DNA from: Myxococcota bacterium
GTDB taxonomy: Bacteria; Myxococcota_A; Polyangia; Nannocystales; Nannocystaceae
NCBI GenBank assembly: GCA_039028615.1
Contig: JBCCHT010000008.1
Span: forward strand, 128,001 to 192,000
DNA length: 64,000 nt
Direction of reading: 5' to 3'
The notes under the pieces: model-generated
Databases searched by the model: none
Told to the model about the DNA's origin: nothing
What the model saw: the letters and a program-made list of their open reading frames with translations, nothing else
In this document: in pieces, positions 1-8,438 of the stretch
Position numbering within the stretch: the stretch's first letter is position 1
Layout of the letters: each line of letters starts with the position of its first letter
Program-made: the position numbers and the translations under genes

Positions 1-152
1 AGTGCGTGCCGATCTCGAACGGGAGCGGTGGCGACGAGTGTCCCGGGCGCAACAGTCACCTGGAGGGCGAGGTCTGCGTCTGCGACGACGGCTTCGAGTG
101 GTGTGACCCCAGCGACATCAACAACCAGTCGTGCTGCTTGCCGCCCCGCTGA
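1..152 (+). CDS. 3' end of a Cys-rich (EGF-like) protein, truncated by window edge
   Basis: Frame from nt 3 reads CVPISNGSGGDECPGRNSHLEGEVCVCDDGFEWCDPSDINNQSCCLPPR-TGA(150-152); GC-rich third positions. Confidence 0.7.
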   Translation, partial: CVPISNGSGGDECPGRNSHLEGEVCVCDDGFEWCDPSDINNQSCCLPPR

Positions 153-163
153 ACACCAGCGAA

Positions 164-197
164 AGGCGGGCCCGGCGAGGCCGCCCTTGGCCCGCCT
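164..197 (+). terminator. Hairpin, possible terminator
   Basis: AGGCGGGCC(164-172)...GGCCCGCCT(189-197) just after the stop; no clear U-tract. Confidence 0.35.
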
Positions 198-220
198 CGC
201 CGCATTGATTACTTTTGGCC

Positions 221-1903
221 ATGCTCCGCCGTCGACGATTCGTGGGCCTGGGTCTGGGAATGCTGGCCAGCGCGTGTGCCAAACAGGGCACCGCCACGCC
301 GCAGGGCGCCACGGGGCCCGCCTCCCTCATCGTGCAGGGGCGCGTGCTGACCCTCGATCCCGCGCGACCCTCGGCCGAGGCGGTCGCGGTGGCGGGCGGT
401 CGCATCCTCGCGGTGGGCAGCCTCGACGAGATTGCCGGGCATCGCGGGCCTCAGACCGAGATCGTCGACGTCGGCGATGGCCTGATCACCCCCGGGCTGG
501 TCGATGCCCATGCCCACCTCGCCGGGCTGGGGCGCGGCCTCGAAGAGGTCGACCTGCGGGGCTCCGCGTCCGTCGAAGAAGTGGTCAAGCGCCTGCACGA
601 GCACGACCGCGGCCAGCCTTGGCTCACCGGACGCGGCTGGGACCAGAACCTGTGGCCGGGCGGCGCCATGCCGACCCACGACGTCCTGAGCGCGGCGTTC
701 CCCGATCGCCCGGTATGGCTGCGCCGAGTCGACGGTCATGCGGGTTGGGCCAATGCCGCCGCGATGAAGGCCTCGGGGATCGAGCCCGGCCGCAAGTCCC
801 CCGAAGGCGGGGAGATCCTGGTCAGCGTCGATGGCCAACCAACCGGCGTGCTCATCGATGCGGCCATGGCGTTGATGAACCCGCCCACGCCGACCGAAGC
901 GGACCTCCGTCGCCAGCTGGATGCCGCGCAGCAGCACGTGCTCGAGCGCGGCCTGACCGGCGTGCACGACATGGGCGTCGGCCCCATGCTCGATGCGATC
1001 TACCGCGAGACCGCGACCCGAAGCGACGTCGAGCAGCGGCTTCGGCTGCGCGTGTGGGGCTATGCCGACTCGAGCTGGCTCCCCGAGCTCGCGCCGCAGC
1101 GACGCGCCGACCGGCCGGGACCCGAGGATCTGTACGCATTGGTCGGGGTCAAGGTCTACGCCGATGGTGCGCTGGGCAGCCGGGGCGCGGCATTGTTGGC
1201 GCCCTACCACGACCGACCCGACCACACCGGGCTCATGCAGCGCGATCCCGAGGCCCTTCGGGCGCTGTACGAGCTGGCGGTGGAGCACGGCTACCAGATC
1301 GCGACCCATGCCATCGGCGACGCAGCCAACCGAGCCGTGCTCGATGGCTACCAGGCCGTCATCGAGGCCAACGGGCTGCAGGACGCCCGCCTTCGAGTCG
1401 AGCACGCGCAGATCCTCCACCCCGACGACATCCCCCGCTTCGCCGAGCTCGGGGTGATCGCCAGCATGCAGCCCACCCACGCCACCAGCGACATGGCCTG
1501 GGTGCCCGATCGCGTCGGCCCCGAGCGCGTGTCCGGGGCCTACGCCTGGCGGAGGATCCTCGATGCCAAGGGCCACCTGTGCTTCGGCAGCGACTTCCCC
1601 GTCGAGCTGGTCGACGTGACGCACGGGCTCTACTCCGCCATCACCCGCGCGGACCCGAAGGGGCAGCCCGCCGGAGGGTGGACCCCGGATCAGCTGCTCT
1701 CGCTCGAAGAGGCGATTGCCGCGTTCAGCCGGGATGCCGCCTACGCCGGGTTCTCCGAGGGCTATCTGGGTACGATCGTCGAAGGGGCGCGCGCCGACTT
1801 CAGCTGCTTCCGCGACGATCTGCGCACCCTCGATCCCGCCGGAGTTCGCGATGCCGTCGTCGCGGCCACCATCGTCGACGGGCTCGTTCGCTATCGAGCC
1901 TGA
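221..1903 (+). CDS. Amidohydrolase-3 (YtcJ-like) metal-dependent hydrolase, probable Tat-exported lipoprotein
   Basis: PGLVDAHAH, RVDGHAGWAN, KVYADGALGSRGA, HAIGDAA, RVEHAQ, SMQPTH, FGSDFPVE motifs; N-term RRRRF...LASAC. Confidence 0.92.
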   Translation: MLRRRRFVGLGLGMLASACAKQGTATPQGATGPASLIVQGRVLTLDPARPSAEAVAVAGGRILAVGSLDEIAGHRGPQTEIVDVGDGLITPGLVDAHAHLAGLGRGLEEVDLRGSASVEEVVKRLHEHDRGQPWLTGRGWDQNLWPGGAMPTHDVLSAAFPDRPVWLRRVDGHAGWANAAAMKASGIEPGRKSPEGGEILVSVDGQPTGVLIDAAMALMNPPTPTEADLRRQLDAAQQHVLERGLTGVHDMGVGPMLDAIYRETATRSDVEQRLRLRVWGYADSSWLPELAPQRRADRPGPEDLYALVGVKVYADGALGSRGAALLAPYHDRPDHTGLMQRDPEALRALYELAVEHGYQIATHAIGDAANRAVLDGYQAVIEANGLQDARLRVEHAQILHPDDIPRFAELGVIASMQPTHATSDMAWVPDRVGPERVSGAYAWRRILDAKGHLCFGSDFPVELVDVTHGLYSAITRADPKGQPAGGWTPDQLLSLEEAIAAFSRDAAYAGFSEGYLGTIVEGARADFSCFRDDLRTLDPAGVRDAVVAATIVDGLVRYRA

Positions 1904-1980
1904 GCTTCCACTTCGACGAGGACACGGCCTCTTCGCCCCCGACCATAGTGCCGAGGACGAAGAGCGGCCGCTCCCCGCCG

Positions 1981-2016
1981 GGCCTGCTCCGCGAGATCAT
2001 GAAGCGAGAGCAGGCC
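1981..2016. terminator. Hairpin between convergent genes
   Basis: GGCCTGCTC(1981-1989)...GAGCAGGCC(2008-2016), perfect 9-bp inverted repeat. Confidence 0.4.
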
Positions 2017-2038
2017 CCATATCGTCAGCCCTCCCTCC

Positions 2039-2452
2039 TCAGGCCGTGTGCACGGGCGCGAAGACGGGGCAGGCCTTGATGTCGTTGCCGGTCTCCGTGC
2101 TGGTACAGCCGCATCCGACCTCGTCGATCGCGATGCAGACATCACCGCTGCAGCTGACCGTGCTCCCATCCTCGCAGGTTGCGGTGGACCCGGCTCGAAA
2201 GCGGATGTCCCCGTCCACGAGGTCGAGCTCTTCCAGGCTCTCCACCAAGCCCTCCTGCTCTTCGACACACTCGTCGGCCGACTCGGAGACGCACACGGCA
2301 TAGTCCTCGAGCGCCTCGCGGGCCTCTTCTTCGGCTTCCCACAGCGATTCGCGGCCATCTTCGGGGACAGGCTCGTCGACGGCGGAGCACCCGAAGGCAG
2401 CCAGGCCCGCGATCACGATCGAAACGAAAATCGAACTCGTCTTCATCTTCAT
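2039..2452 (-). CDS. Small acidic Cys-rich lipoprotein
   Basis: Signal peptide with lipobox AFGC, acidic helix, 6-Cys C-terminal module; purine-rich RBS. Confidence 0.8.
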   Translation of the reverse strand: MKMKTSSIFVSIVIAGLAAFGCSAVDEPVPEDGRESLWEAEEEAREALEDYAVCVSESADECVEEQEGLVESLEELDLVDGDIRFRAGSTATCEDGSTVSCSGDVCIAIDEVGCGCTSTETGNDIKACPVFAPVHTA

Positions 2453-2689
2453 CCTTCATTTCCTCGCCGGTACGCCGGCGCATACGAACGAACACCCGGC
2501 CGCGAAACTACGGCGGCCGCTTCCTCGAACCGTCACAACGACTACCCGAGGTTCAATCCCACTATGAAGTTGGCCCCATCAACGTCAAGCGATTTGCTGA
2601 CACTAAAAAACTACAAGGAAAACGAAAATTAGTTCGGCCCTTTTTCGTTCGCCGGCAGGTCGACCGGTCTGAAGACGCCGACATGTTTC

Positions 2690-3181
2690 CTACTCGGGCG
2701 GCATGCCGTTGAGCCGCCGTAGCTCTCGTCGCAGCGAAGCCTCGGTCACCATCACCTCGAGCGGGCGCTCATTGTGGGCACGCAACCAAAGCGGCTCGAA
2801 ACGCCGATACATCCAGCGACGCCCGTAGCGAAGACCCACGTACGCGTGGATCGCCACGGCGAGGAACACCAAGAAGACTCCGCCTTCGACCGCTTTTAGC
2901 CACGCACTGCCCCCCATGGCCATGGGGATCCAGATGAAGATCGACGCGATGAGAGCCACCCGAAACAGGACCTCGCGCCACAGGTGCGCCCGGCGATGCG
3001 GGCCGCACATGGGGAGGTCGATGCTCTGTCCGCCAGAGGCTCCGACCCCGCCCAGGGAGAACGCGGCCGCGTCGCTGAAGCGGGCGGTGGCAGTGGCCGG
3101 ACTCCCGCAAGTGATGCATTTCCCGGATACGGCCAAACCCGTGATCGGGACGGGTATCGGGCTGACGTTTTTCACTGGCAC
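2690..3181 (-). CDS. Hypothetical membrane protein with Zn-ribbon-like CxxC...CxxH and two TM helices
   Basis: CITCG...LPMCGPH then two hydrophobic stretches; start chosen at GTG 3181 (ORF is open to 3382). Confidence 0.65.
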   Translation of the reverse strand: MPVKNVSPIPVPITGLAVSGKCITCGSPATATARFSDAAAFSLGGVGASGGQSIDLPMCGPHRRAHLWREVLFRVALIASIFIWIPMAMGGSAWLKAVEGGVFLVFLAVAIHAYVGLRYGRRWMYRRFEPLWLRAHNERPLEVMVTEASLRRELRRLNGMPPE

Positions 3182-3387
3182 GTCGAGTATACGAGGGATT
3201 CGGCGCGGCCTGGCGCGAACGGCGAAGCCCAGCATTCGGCCCTGAAACCCCGTCCTTCGCCCTCGATACGGGTTTCTTCGGAAAAATTGGTCGGGGCTGA
3301 AGAATCCCGGGGCCGGTCGACTCTCCACCCCTGAAACGCAGCGACCCATCCGCTGCGATAGCGACAGCAACCGGCGGACCACTGCTC

Positions 3388-3471
3388 ATGATCATGTCTT
3401 TCATCCGCGCGCTCCGTGGAGCCGTGAAGGCCGTCCTGCACGGCGCCGAGTCTTGGGCGTCTGTCCTTTGA
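3388..3471 (+). CDS. Putative 27-aa amphipathic peptide or leader peptide MIMSFIRALRGAVKAVLHGAESWASVL
   Basis: ATG 3388 (alt 3394) to TGA 3469-3471; mostly G/C-ending codons; below ORF-track size cutoff; weak RBS. Confidence 0.45.
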   Translation: MIMSFIRALRGAVKAVLHGAESWASVL

Positions 3472-3536
3472 ACGGGTGAGCAACCCGAGCATCGAGAACT
3501 TCATTGACCACCGCAGTACTGACCGGGAGCCTCCCG

Positions 3537-4313
3537 ATGGCTCACAGGGAGAGCACGCGTGCCCACGTCTACAAGTGGGTCTTCGGCCTGAACTTCCTGA
3601 TGATCTTGTTCATCTTCGCCGAGCCGACCGCGAAACGGATCCTCGAGTCGGTCTGGCAGCGCGGCCACTTCGTCTACGTCGCGACCGCCTCCCTCGACCT
3701 GCACGCGTTCTTCGGCTTCGGCTTCCTGGGCCTGTTCGCGGCTCAGATCGCCCTGGGCTTTCGCGCTCGAGCCAAGGGCGGCCGCCCCAAGAGCGGGACG
3801 CGACATCGCCGACTGGGCCGAACCTTCGCCTACGTCATCTTGCCGCTGTTCATCCTCGGCGGCGCCTGGGTGATCATCGACCGGGCCTTCCTGCTCGGCA
3901 CGGCCCGCTCCACCCTCTTTCATCAGCATCGGGCCTTCGTGGTCATCGAGATGCTCCACGTCCTGGGCCTCATCGCCTACTTCGCCGTCCGGGGCGTCCG
4001 CACCATCCGGCGCAAGGACATCGAGGGCCACGTCGACAGCATGCTCGGGCTGTTCCTCTCCGCCGGGCTGCTCGCGACCATTCGCCTGCTCTACGCCATC
4101 ATCTGGGCCACCATCGGGGAGAACCCGCTGTCGATCTCCGGCACCTATCTGCTCGCCGTGGCGGTGACCTTCGTGGAGCTGGTGGTCGTGTTCGGCCTCG
4201 CCGGTCGCCTGACGAACAACCGCACGCCGCTGTGGGTGTTCGCAGGCAGCACCATCGTCATGGCCGTGCTCGGCCTGCCCCTCTACTCCGTCTGGGACAC
4301 CCCGGTCCTCTGA
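3537..4313 (+). CDS. Multi-pass membrane protein (DUF2306-like)
   Basis: About 7 TM segments; His motifs LHAFFG, HRRLGR, IEGHVDSM; GGGAG before ATG 3537 (alt TTG 3504). Confidence 0.75.
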   Translation: MAHRESTRAHVYKWVFGLNFLMILFIFAEPTAKRILESVWQRGHFVYVATASLDLHAFFGFGFLGLFAAQIALGFRARAKGGRPKSGTRHRRLGRTFAYVILPLFILGGAWVIIDRAFLLGTARSTLFHQHRAFVVIEMLHVLGLIAYFAVRGVRTIRRKDIEGHVDSMLGLFLSAGLLATIRLLYAIIWATIGENPLSISGTYLLAVAVTFVELVVVFGLAGRLTNNRTPLWVFAGSTIVMAVLGLPLYSVWDTPVL

Positions 4314-4326
4314 GAGCGAATCGATC

Positions 4327-4998
4327 ATGAACCACGCACCCAACCACCATCGGGCGCCCCACTGGGGGGTGAGGCTCGGCGTCTTCGTCCTCGCCGCATG
4401 CCACTGGTTTTGGAGTCAGGGCGAGCTGTCCTCCCGCCCCGAGGCGCTGGAGATCCTCGACTTCGTCCTGCAGGCCTTGGACCCGATTCACGGCTTCTTC
4501 GTCGAGAACACGGCCGCCACCAACGGCTTGCTGATCGCCAGCTCGCTGGGCATCGACGCCCTCGTCCTGTTCCTGCTCTTTCGCAGCATCTTCGGCCCCA
4601 GCTTCAAGCCCTTCTTGGGCCTGATGATCCTCATCGGGCTGCGCCAGTGTTGCCAGAGCATGGTCGCTCTGCCGCCGCCCGATGGTTTGCTCTGGCATGA
4701 CCCGGGCTTCCCTTCGCTGTTCGTGACCTACGGGGTGAGCAACGATCTGTTCTTCTCCGGCCACACCGCGCTGGCCGTGTACGGGGCCATGGAGCTGTGG
4801 CGACTGGGTCGCCTGCCCTTCAAGGTGCTCGCCGTCGCGCTGGCCGTGTTCGAGATCGGCGCGGTGCTCGTGCTGCACGCCCACTGGACCATGGATGTCT
4901 ATGCCGGAGCCGTGACCGCGTTGCTGGTCGGCATCACCGTGCAGCACATCGGACCGCCCGTCGATCGCTGGCTGGCGAAGATCGAGACCAACGGCTGA
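4327..4998 (+). CDS. PAP2-superfamily, sphingomyelin/IPC-synthase-like membrane phosphotransferase
   Basis: R...LPPP, NDLFFSGHT and HWTMDVY match SMS-type motifs (D-x3-SGHT; H-Y/W-T-x-D-V). Confidence 0.8.
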   Translation: MNHAPNHHRAPHWGVRLGVFVLAACHWFWSQGELSSRPEALEILDFVLQALDPIHGFFVENTAATNGLLIASSLGIDALVLFLLFRSIFGPSFKPFLGLMILIGLRQCCQSMVALPPPDGLLWHDPGFPSLFVTYGVSNDLFFSGHTALAVYGAMELWRLGRLPFKVLAVALAVFEIGAVLVLHAHWTMDVYAGAVTALLVGITVQHIGPPVDRWLAKIETNG

Positions 4999-5011
4999 GA
5001 GGCGAACCATC

Positions 5012-5803
5012 ATGGACACCACATTCATCTTCGCCGCCCTGAGCTTCTTTGCCGTCGTCACGGCCGTGACCGCCGCCATGGTGCGGTACCGCGGAGCGAC
5101 CCTCGTGCTCCTCGTCCTGGCCGCGCTGTCGTTCCCGGCCTTGGCCGATACCTCCGACTGGACCTCCTGGTTCGACTGGGCCAAGCGCTACAGCGTGATG
5201 TTCCCGTGCTGTCTGTGGGCCTGGCTGATGTGGCGGGCGGAGTCCGGCCACGAACACCGAGGCGCGCTCCACCGCGGGGTCACCAAGCTCGTCCCGCTGC
5301 TGCTCGCGCTCAACGTGCTCGAGGTCGCCGTGCTCCAATTCGGCGCGGGCCAGCACCTCAACGCGGGGTGTTTGGTGGTGCTCGGGCTCACCACGCCCCT
5401 GACCTTCACGACCGACCCGAGCAGCCGCGTGGTGGGGTTCCGGGATGCCGCGTGGATCACCGCGTTCACCACCAGCCTCACCCTGGTCTACCTGCTCGAT
5501 CCGGTGATCTTGAACACGGCCTTCGGCGCCATCGCGATCCTGCTGATCGCGGGCGGAGCGGCCCTGTTCGTCCGCGACAGCCAAGTCTGGATCGCCTGGC
5601 GCTCCTACACGCTCGTACTCCTCATCCTGCAGGATTCCTACAGCAACGCGCTGTCCGACTGGCTTTACCCCGACTTCATGCACCCCGGTGCGCGAGCGGT
5701 GCTCGCCGGGACCCCGGTGGAGTACGGGTTGCTCGCCGTGAGCGTCCTGAGCCTGAGCCTGGTGGTCATGGACCGCGTGCAGCGTTTTCGGAGCCGCCGA
5801 TGA
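5012..5803 (+). CDS. Multi-pass membrane protein (DUF5692-like)
   Basis: WFDWAKRYS, LNVLEVA, HLNAG and WIAWRSYTL resemble DUF5692; about 8 TMs; stop overlaps next start (ATGA). Confidence 0.7.
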   Translation: MDTTFIFAALSFFAVVTAVTAAMVRYRGATLVLLVLAALSFPALADTSDWTSWFDWAKRYSVMFPCCLWAWLMWRAESGHEHRGALHRGVTKLVPLLLALNVLEVAVLQFGAGQHLNAGCLVVLGLTTPLTFTTDPSSRVVGFRDAAWITAFTTSLTLVYLLDPVILNTAFGAIAILLIAGGAALFVRDSQVWIAWRSYTLVLLILQDSYSNALSDWLYPDFMHPGARAVLAGTPVEYGLLAVSVLSLSLVVMDRVQRFRSRR

Positions 5804-6921
5804 CCATCGAAGACCGCTCCACCCTCATCGGCCTGCTCCGGCCGCGCCGTCGGACCCTCGAGGCGGGCGACATCTTGCTCCGCGAGGGCGAGACCACCCA
5901 GCGCATGTACCTGCTGCAGAGCGGCCAGCTCGAGATCCTGCGCTCGATCCAGGGCGGTACCGAGGCCTTCGTGGGCACCATGGAGGAGGGCCAGCTCGTG
6001 GGCGAGGACTCGCTGCTCGAGGGCAAGCCGCACCTGGCCACCCTGCGGGCCAGCCAGCGTTGTGTGCTGCTCGAGGTGGGCCGTGAGGTGCTCGATGGCT
6101 TCGATCCGCAGCGCTCCACCCCGCTGGAGTATCTGCTCGTGGAGGTGGCCCGCAGCCTCGGCAGCCACCTTCGCGTCAGCCGGGACAACGCCTGTGCCGC
6201 GGTGCGCCAGCGCCTCGACCTGTCGGCGATGCGCAACACCATGGCCAGCTTCTTGGTGCACATGCTGCTGGGCTTCGCCGCCTATGCGGTGGCCATGAAG
6301 TACGTCTCGGCGCAGCAGCTGACGCTGCACAACTCCACCTTGCTCACCGGCCCCATGATGGTGGTGATGCTCGCCATCGCGGTGGCCTTCGCTCGCCGCA
6401 GCGAGCTGCCCGCGGGGATCTTCGGCGTCACCCTGCGAGGCGCGGGGCGGAACATTCAGGAGGCCCTGCTGTGGTCGGTGCCCGTCCTGCTCGCGCTGCT
6501 CGGCGCCAAGTGGGCGCTGGTCGAGTTCCACCCCGCGTACGCCCACGAGCCCATCGCTCCCTTGCTGCATCGCCCCTTCGCCTGGGGCCCCGCGTGCGCG
6601 TGCCTGGCCTACGCGGTGCTGGTGCCCGTGCAGGAGTTCCTGTCGCGCGGCGCCATCCAGGGCCCGCTCTACGAGTTCCTCACCGGGTCGGAGCGACAGC
6701 GATGGTTCTGGGCGATCGTGGTGTCCAACACCCTGTTCGGGGTCACCCACCTGCACCTGACCCTCACCTACGGCGCGGCGGCCTTCGTGGGCGGGATCGT
6801 GTGGGGCGTGCTCTATGCCCGACAGCGCTCGCTGGTCGGCCCCGTGGTCTCCCACGTGGTGATCGGCGTGTTCGCGCTTTATGGTCTGGGCTTCGCCGAG
6901 CTCCTCAATGGCGCGCACTGA
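5800..6921 (+). CDS. Cyclic-nucleotide-binding domain fused to CPBP (CAAX protease/Abi) intramembrane protease domain
   Basis: LLREGE..MYLLQSGQLEI..GQLVGEDSLL..HLATLRA (cNMP); QEFLSRG, LFGVTH, VSHVVIG (CPBP); ATG 5800 overlaps upstream TGA. Confidence 0.85.
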   Translation: MTIEDRSTLIGLLRPRRRTLEAGDILLREGETTQRMYLLQSGQLEILRSIQGGTEAFVGTMEEGQLVGEDSLLEGKPHLATLRASQRCVLLEVGREVLDGFDPQRSTPLEYLLVEVARSLGSHLRVSRDNACAAVRQRLDLSAMRNTMASFLVHMLLGFAAYAVAMKYVSAQQLTLHNSTLLTGPMMVVMLAIAVAFARRSELPAGIFGVTLRGAGRNIQEALLWSVPVLLALLGAKWALVEFHPAYAHEPIAPLLHRPFAWGPACACLAYAVLVPVQEFLSRGAIQGPLYEFLTGSERQRWFWAIVVSNTLFGVTHLHLTLTYGAAAFVGGIVWGVLYARQRSLVGPVVSHVVIGVFALYGLGFAELLNGAH

Positions 6922-6942
6922 GGAGCCCCCGAAGAGGCGGGC

Positions 6943-8301
6943 CTAGGGCGTCTCGCCCGGCTCGGTACAGCCCCACGCCTCCATGCGCAGCTCCCAGTGC
7001 CAGTCCTTGAGCATGAAGGTGCCCGTGCGCTGCACCGACCACCAGCCGCCGTGGGTGAGGTCGAGCTGGAGCTCGGCGGGGATCACCTGCGAGGCGTTGA
7101 ACAAGTGGTCGTCGTTCTCGAGCGCCAGGGCAGCCGCGATGATGTCCGCCGCCGCTCCGATGACGGGCAGGATCCAGCCGTAGGTGCCCGGCAGCGCCCC
7201 GACCCCCGCCGCCGCGTCGGCGATGGCCATGAGGAAGGCCTCGAACGCCCCGGTGTCGTCGCCCTCGAGGCAGTTGTAGGTCATGGCCAGGTTGCCCTGG
7301 GGCGCGACCGGCTCGCCGAGCTGGCCCCACACCACGCCCTCGGCGAGCGCGTAGGTGTACTCGTCGCCGTTGTCGAGCGCGAAGGTCTTGGGCGTGACCC
7401 GAATCTCCGCGCCCGGCGTGGCCTCGGCGATGATGGCACAGTAGATCTGGTCCTTGAAGATGAGGTCGGCCTCATCGTGCACCATGATGCTGGCCAGCCG
7501 AATGCGGAGCAGCGGATCGTTGCAATCGCCGGGCGCGGCCACGGGCGAGTCGACGATCCCCGGCTCGAACGCGGCCGAGTGCCGAGGATCGGGGAAGCGG
7601 GTGCGGTACTGCGCGGCGGTCCCCATGCCCGCGTCGGCGAGCCGATGTCGAACCGCACTCGCGGCCTCGGGGTGTGCAGCGAAGACCTCGCGCAGCTTGG
7701 GGACGAAGGGGTGCTCCCCTGCCATCGGCGTGGAGTCGAGTGCCGCGGCCACGATGCGCATGCCGACGTCCCCCGCCTCGGCCTTGGCCGCGAGCTGCTG
7801 GGCAAGCGGACCGGGGCCGACCGACTCCTTCTCGGGCAGGATGTCGAGCGTCTCGAAGTGCGCGTCGATCTTGCCGGGGATCGTGGCCGTGTCGCAGCTC
7901 GGCGCGTCCGCGCACTGCATGCACTCGCCACAGTCCTCGACGCACGACTCGCAGTCCTCACCCGAGCCCGGGTCGCAGACGTTGTCGCCACAGGTGGGCA
8001 TGGGGCACTGCTCGCAGGCCCCGAACTCGCCGGTCGCGGGATCGCAGAACTGCAGGCCCTGCCCGCCGTCGGGGCAGTCGCAGTCCTGCACGAAGTCGTC
8101 GCAGCTGGGGGCCGCGGTGGAGTCGGCACCATCGCTGCCGTCGGCCGCGGTGCCGCCCGAAGTTCCTCCACCGCTGCCACCCACGACGTCGTCTCCACCG
8201 CAGGCCGAGCCCATCACCCCGGCCATCAACAGGGCCGCAGGTGCGCTCAGGCGCCCTCGCAGGGGAGAAGTGATGGCCATCACTTTACTGAGAAACCGCA
8301 T
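6943..8301 (-). CDS. Cys-rich lipoprotein, hypothetical
   Basis: Lipobox GSAC, Gly/Ser/Asp linker, CGDNVCD..EDCESCVEDCG repeat, globular C-terminal domain; start uncertain. Confidence 0.8.
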   Translation of the reverse strand: MRFLSKVMAITSPLRGRLSAPAALLMAGVMGSACGGDDVVGGSGGGTSGGTAADGSDGADSTAAPSCDDFVQDCDCPDGGQGLQFCDPATGEFGACEQCPMPTCGDNVCDPGSGEDCESCVEDCGECMQCADAPSCDTATIPGKIDAHFETLDILPEKESVGPGPLAQQLAAKAEAGDVGMRIVAAALDSTPMAGEHPFVPKLREVFAAHPEAASAVRHRLADAGMGTAAQYRTRFPDPRHSAAFEPGIVDSPVAAPGDCNDPLLRIRLASIMVHDEADLIFKDQIYCAIIAEATPGAEIRVTPKTFALDNGDEYTYALAEGVVWGQLGEPVAPQGNLAMTYNCLEGDDTGAFEAFLMAIADAAAGVGALPGTYGWILPVIGAAADIIAAALALENDDHLFNASQVIPAELQLDLTHGGWWSVQRTGTFMLKDWHWELRMEAWGCTEPGETP

Positions 8302-8438
8302 CGTGGCCGCGTTATACCCGGACTTCGACCCGCGGCGGTAGCGCATTCGCGCAAGGCCGTGTCGGTTCCGTGAACGCGAGTTCAACGGCCGTGCTCGATG
8401 GCGAGCGACCGCGACGCCACGCTCCGACTCGGGCGTAC

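Noticed and set aside
28..2079. 683-aa ORF and similar long overlapping ORFs (e.g. 9403-12114, 16849-19395, 21551-23809, 24849-28124, 44862-46679)
   Set aside because: Off-frame or antisense shadows of motif-bearing genes; Arg/Pro/Ala-rich or antisense-type composition expected in high-GC DNA
5206..5799. N-terminal extension of the cNMP-CPBP ORF in the ORF track
   Set aside because: Overlaps the 5012-5803 gene in another frame; ATG 5800 in an ATGA overlap is the better start
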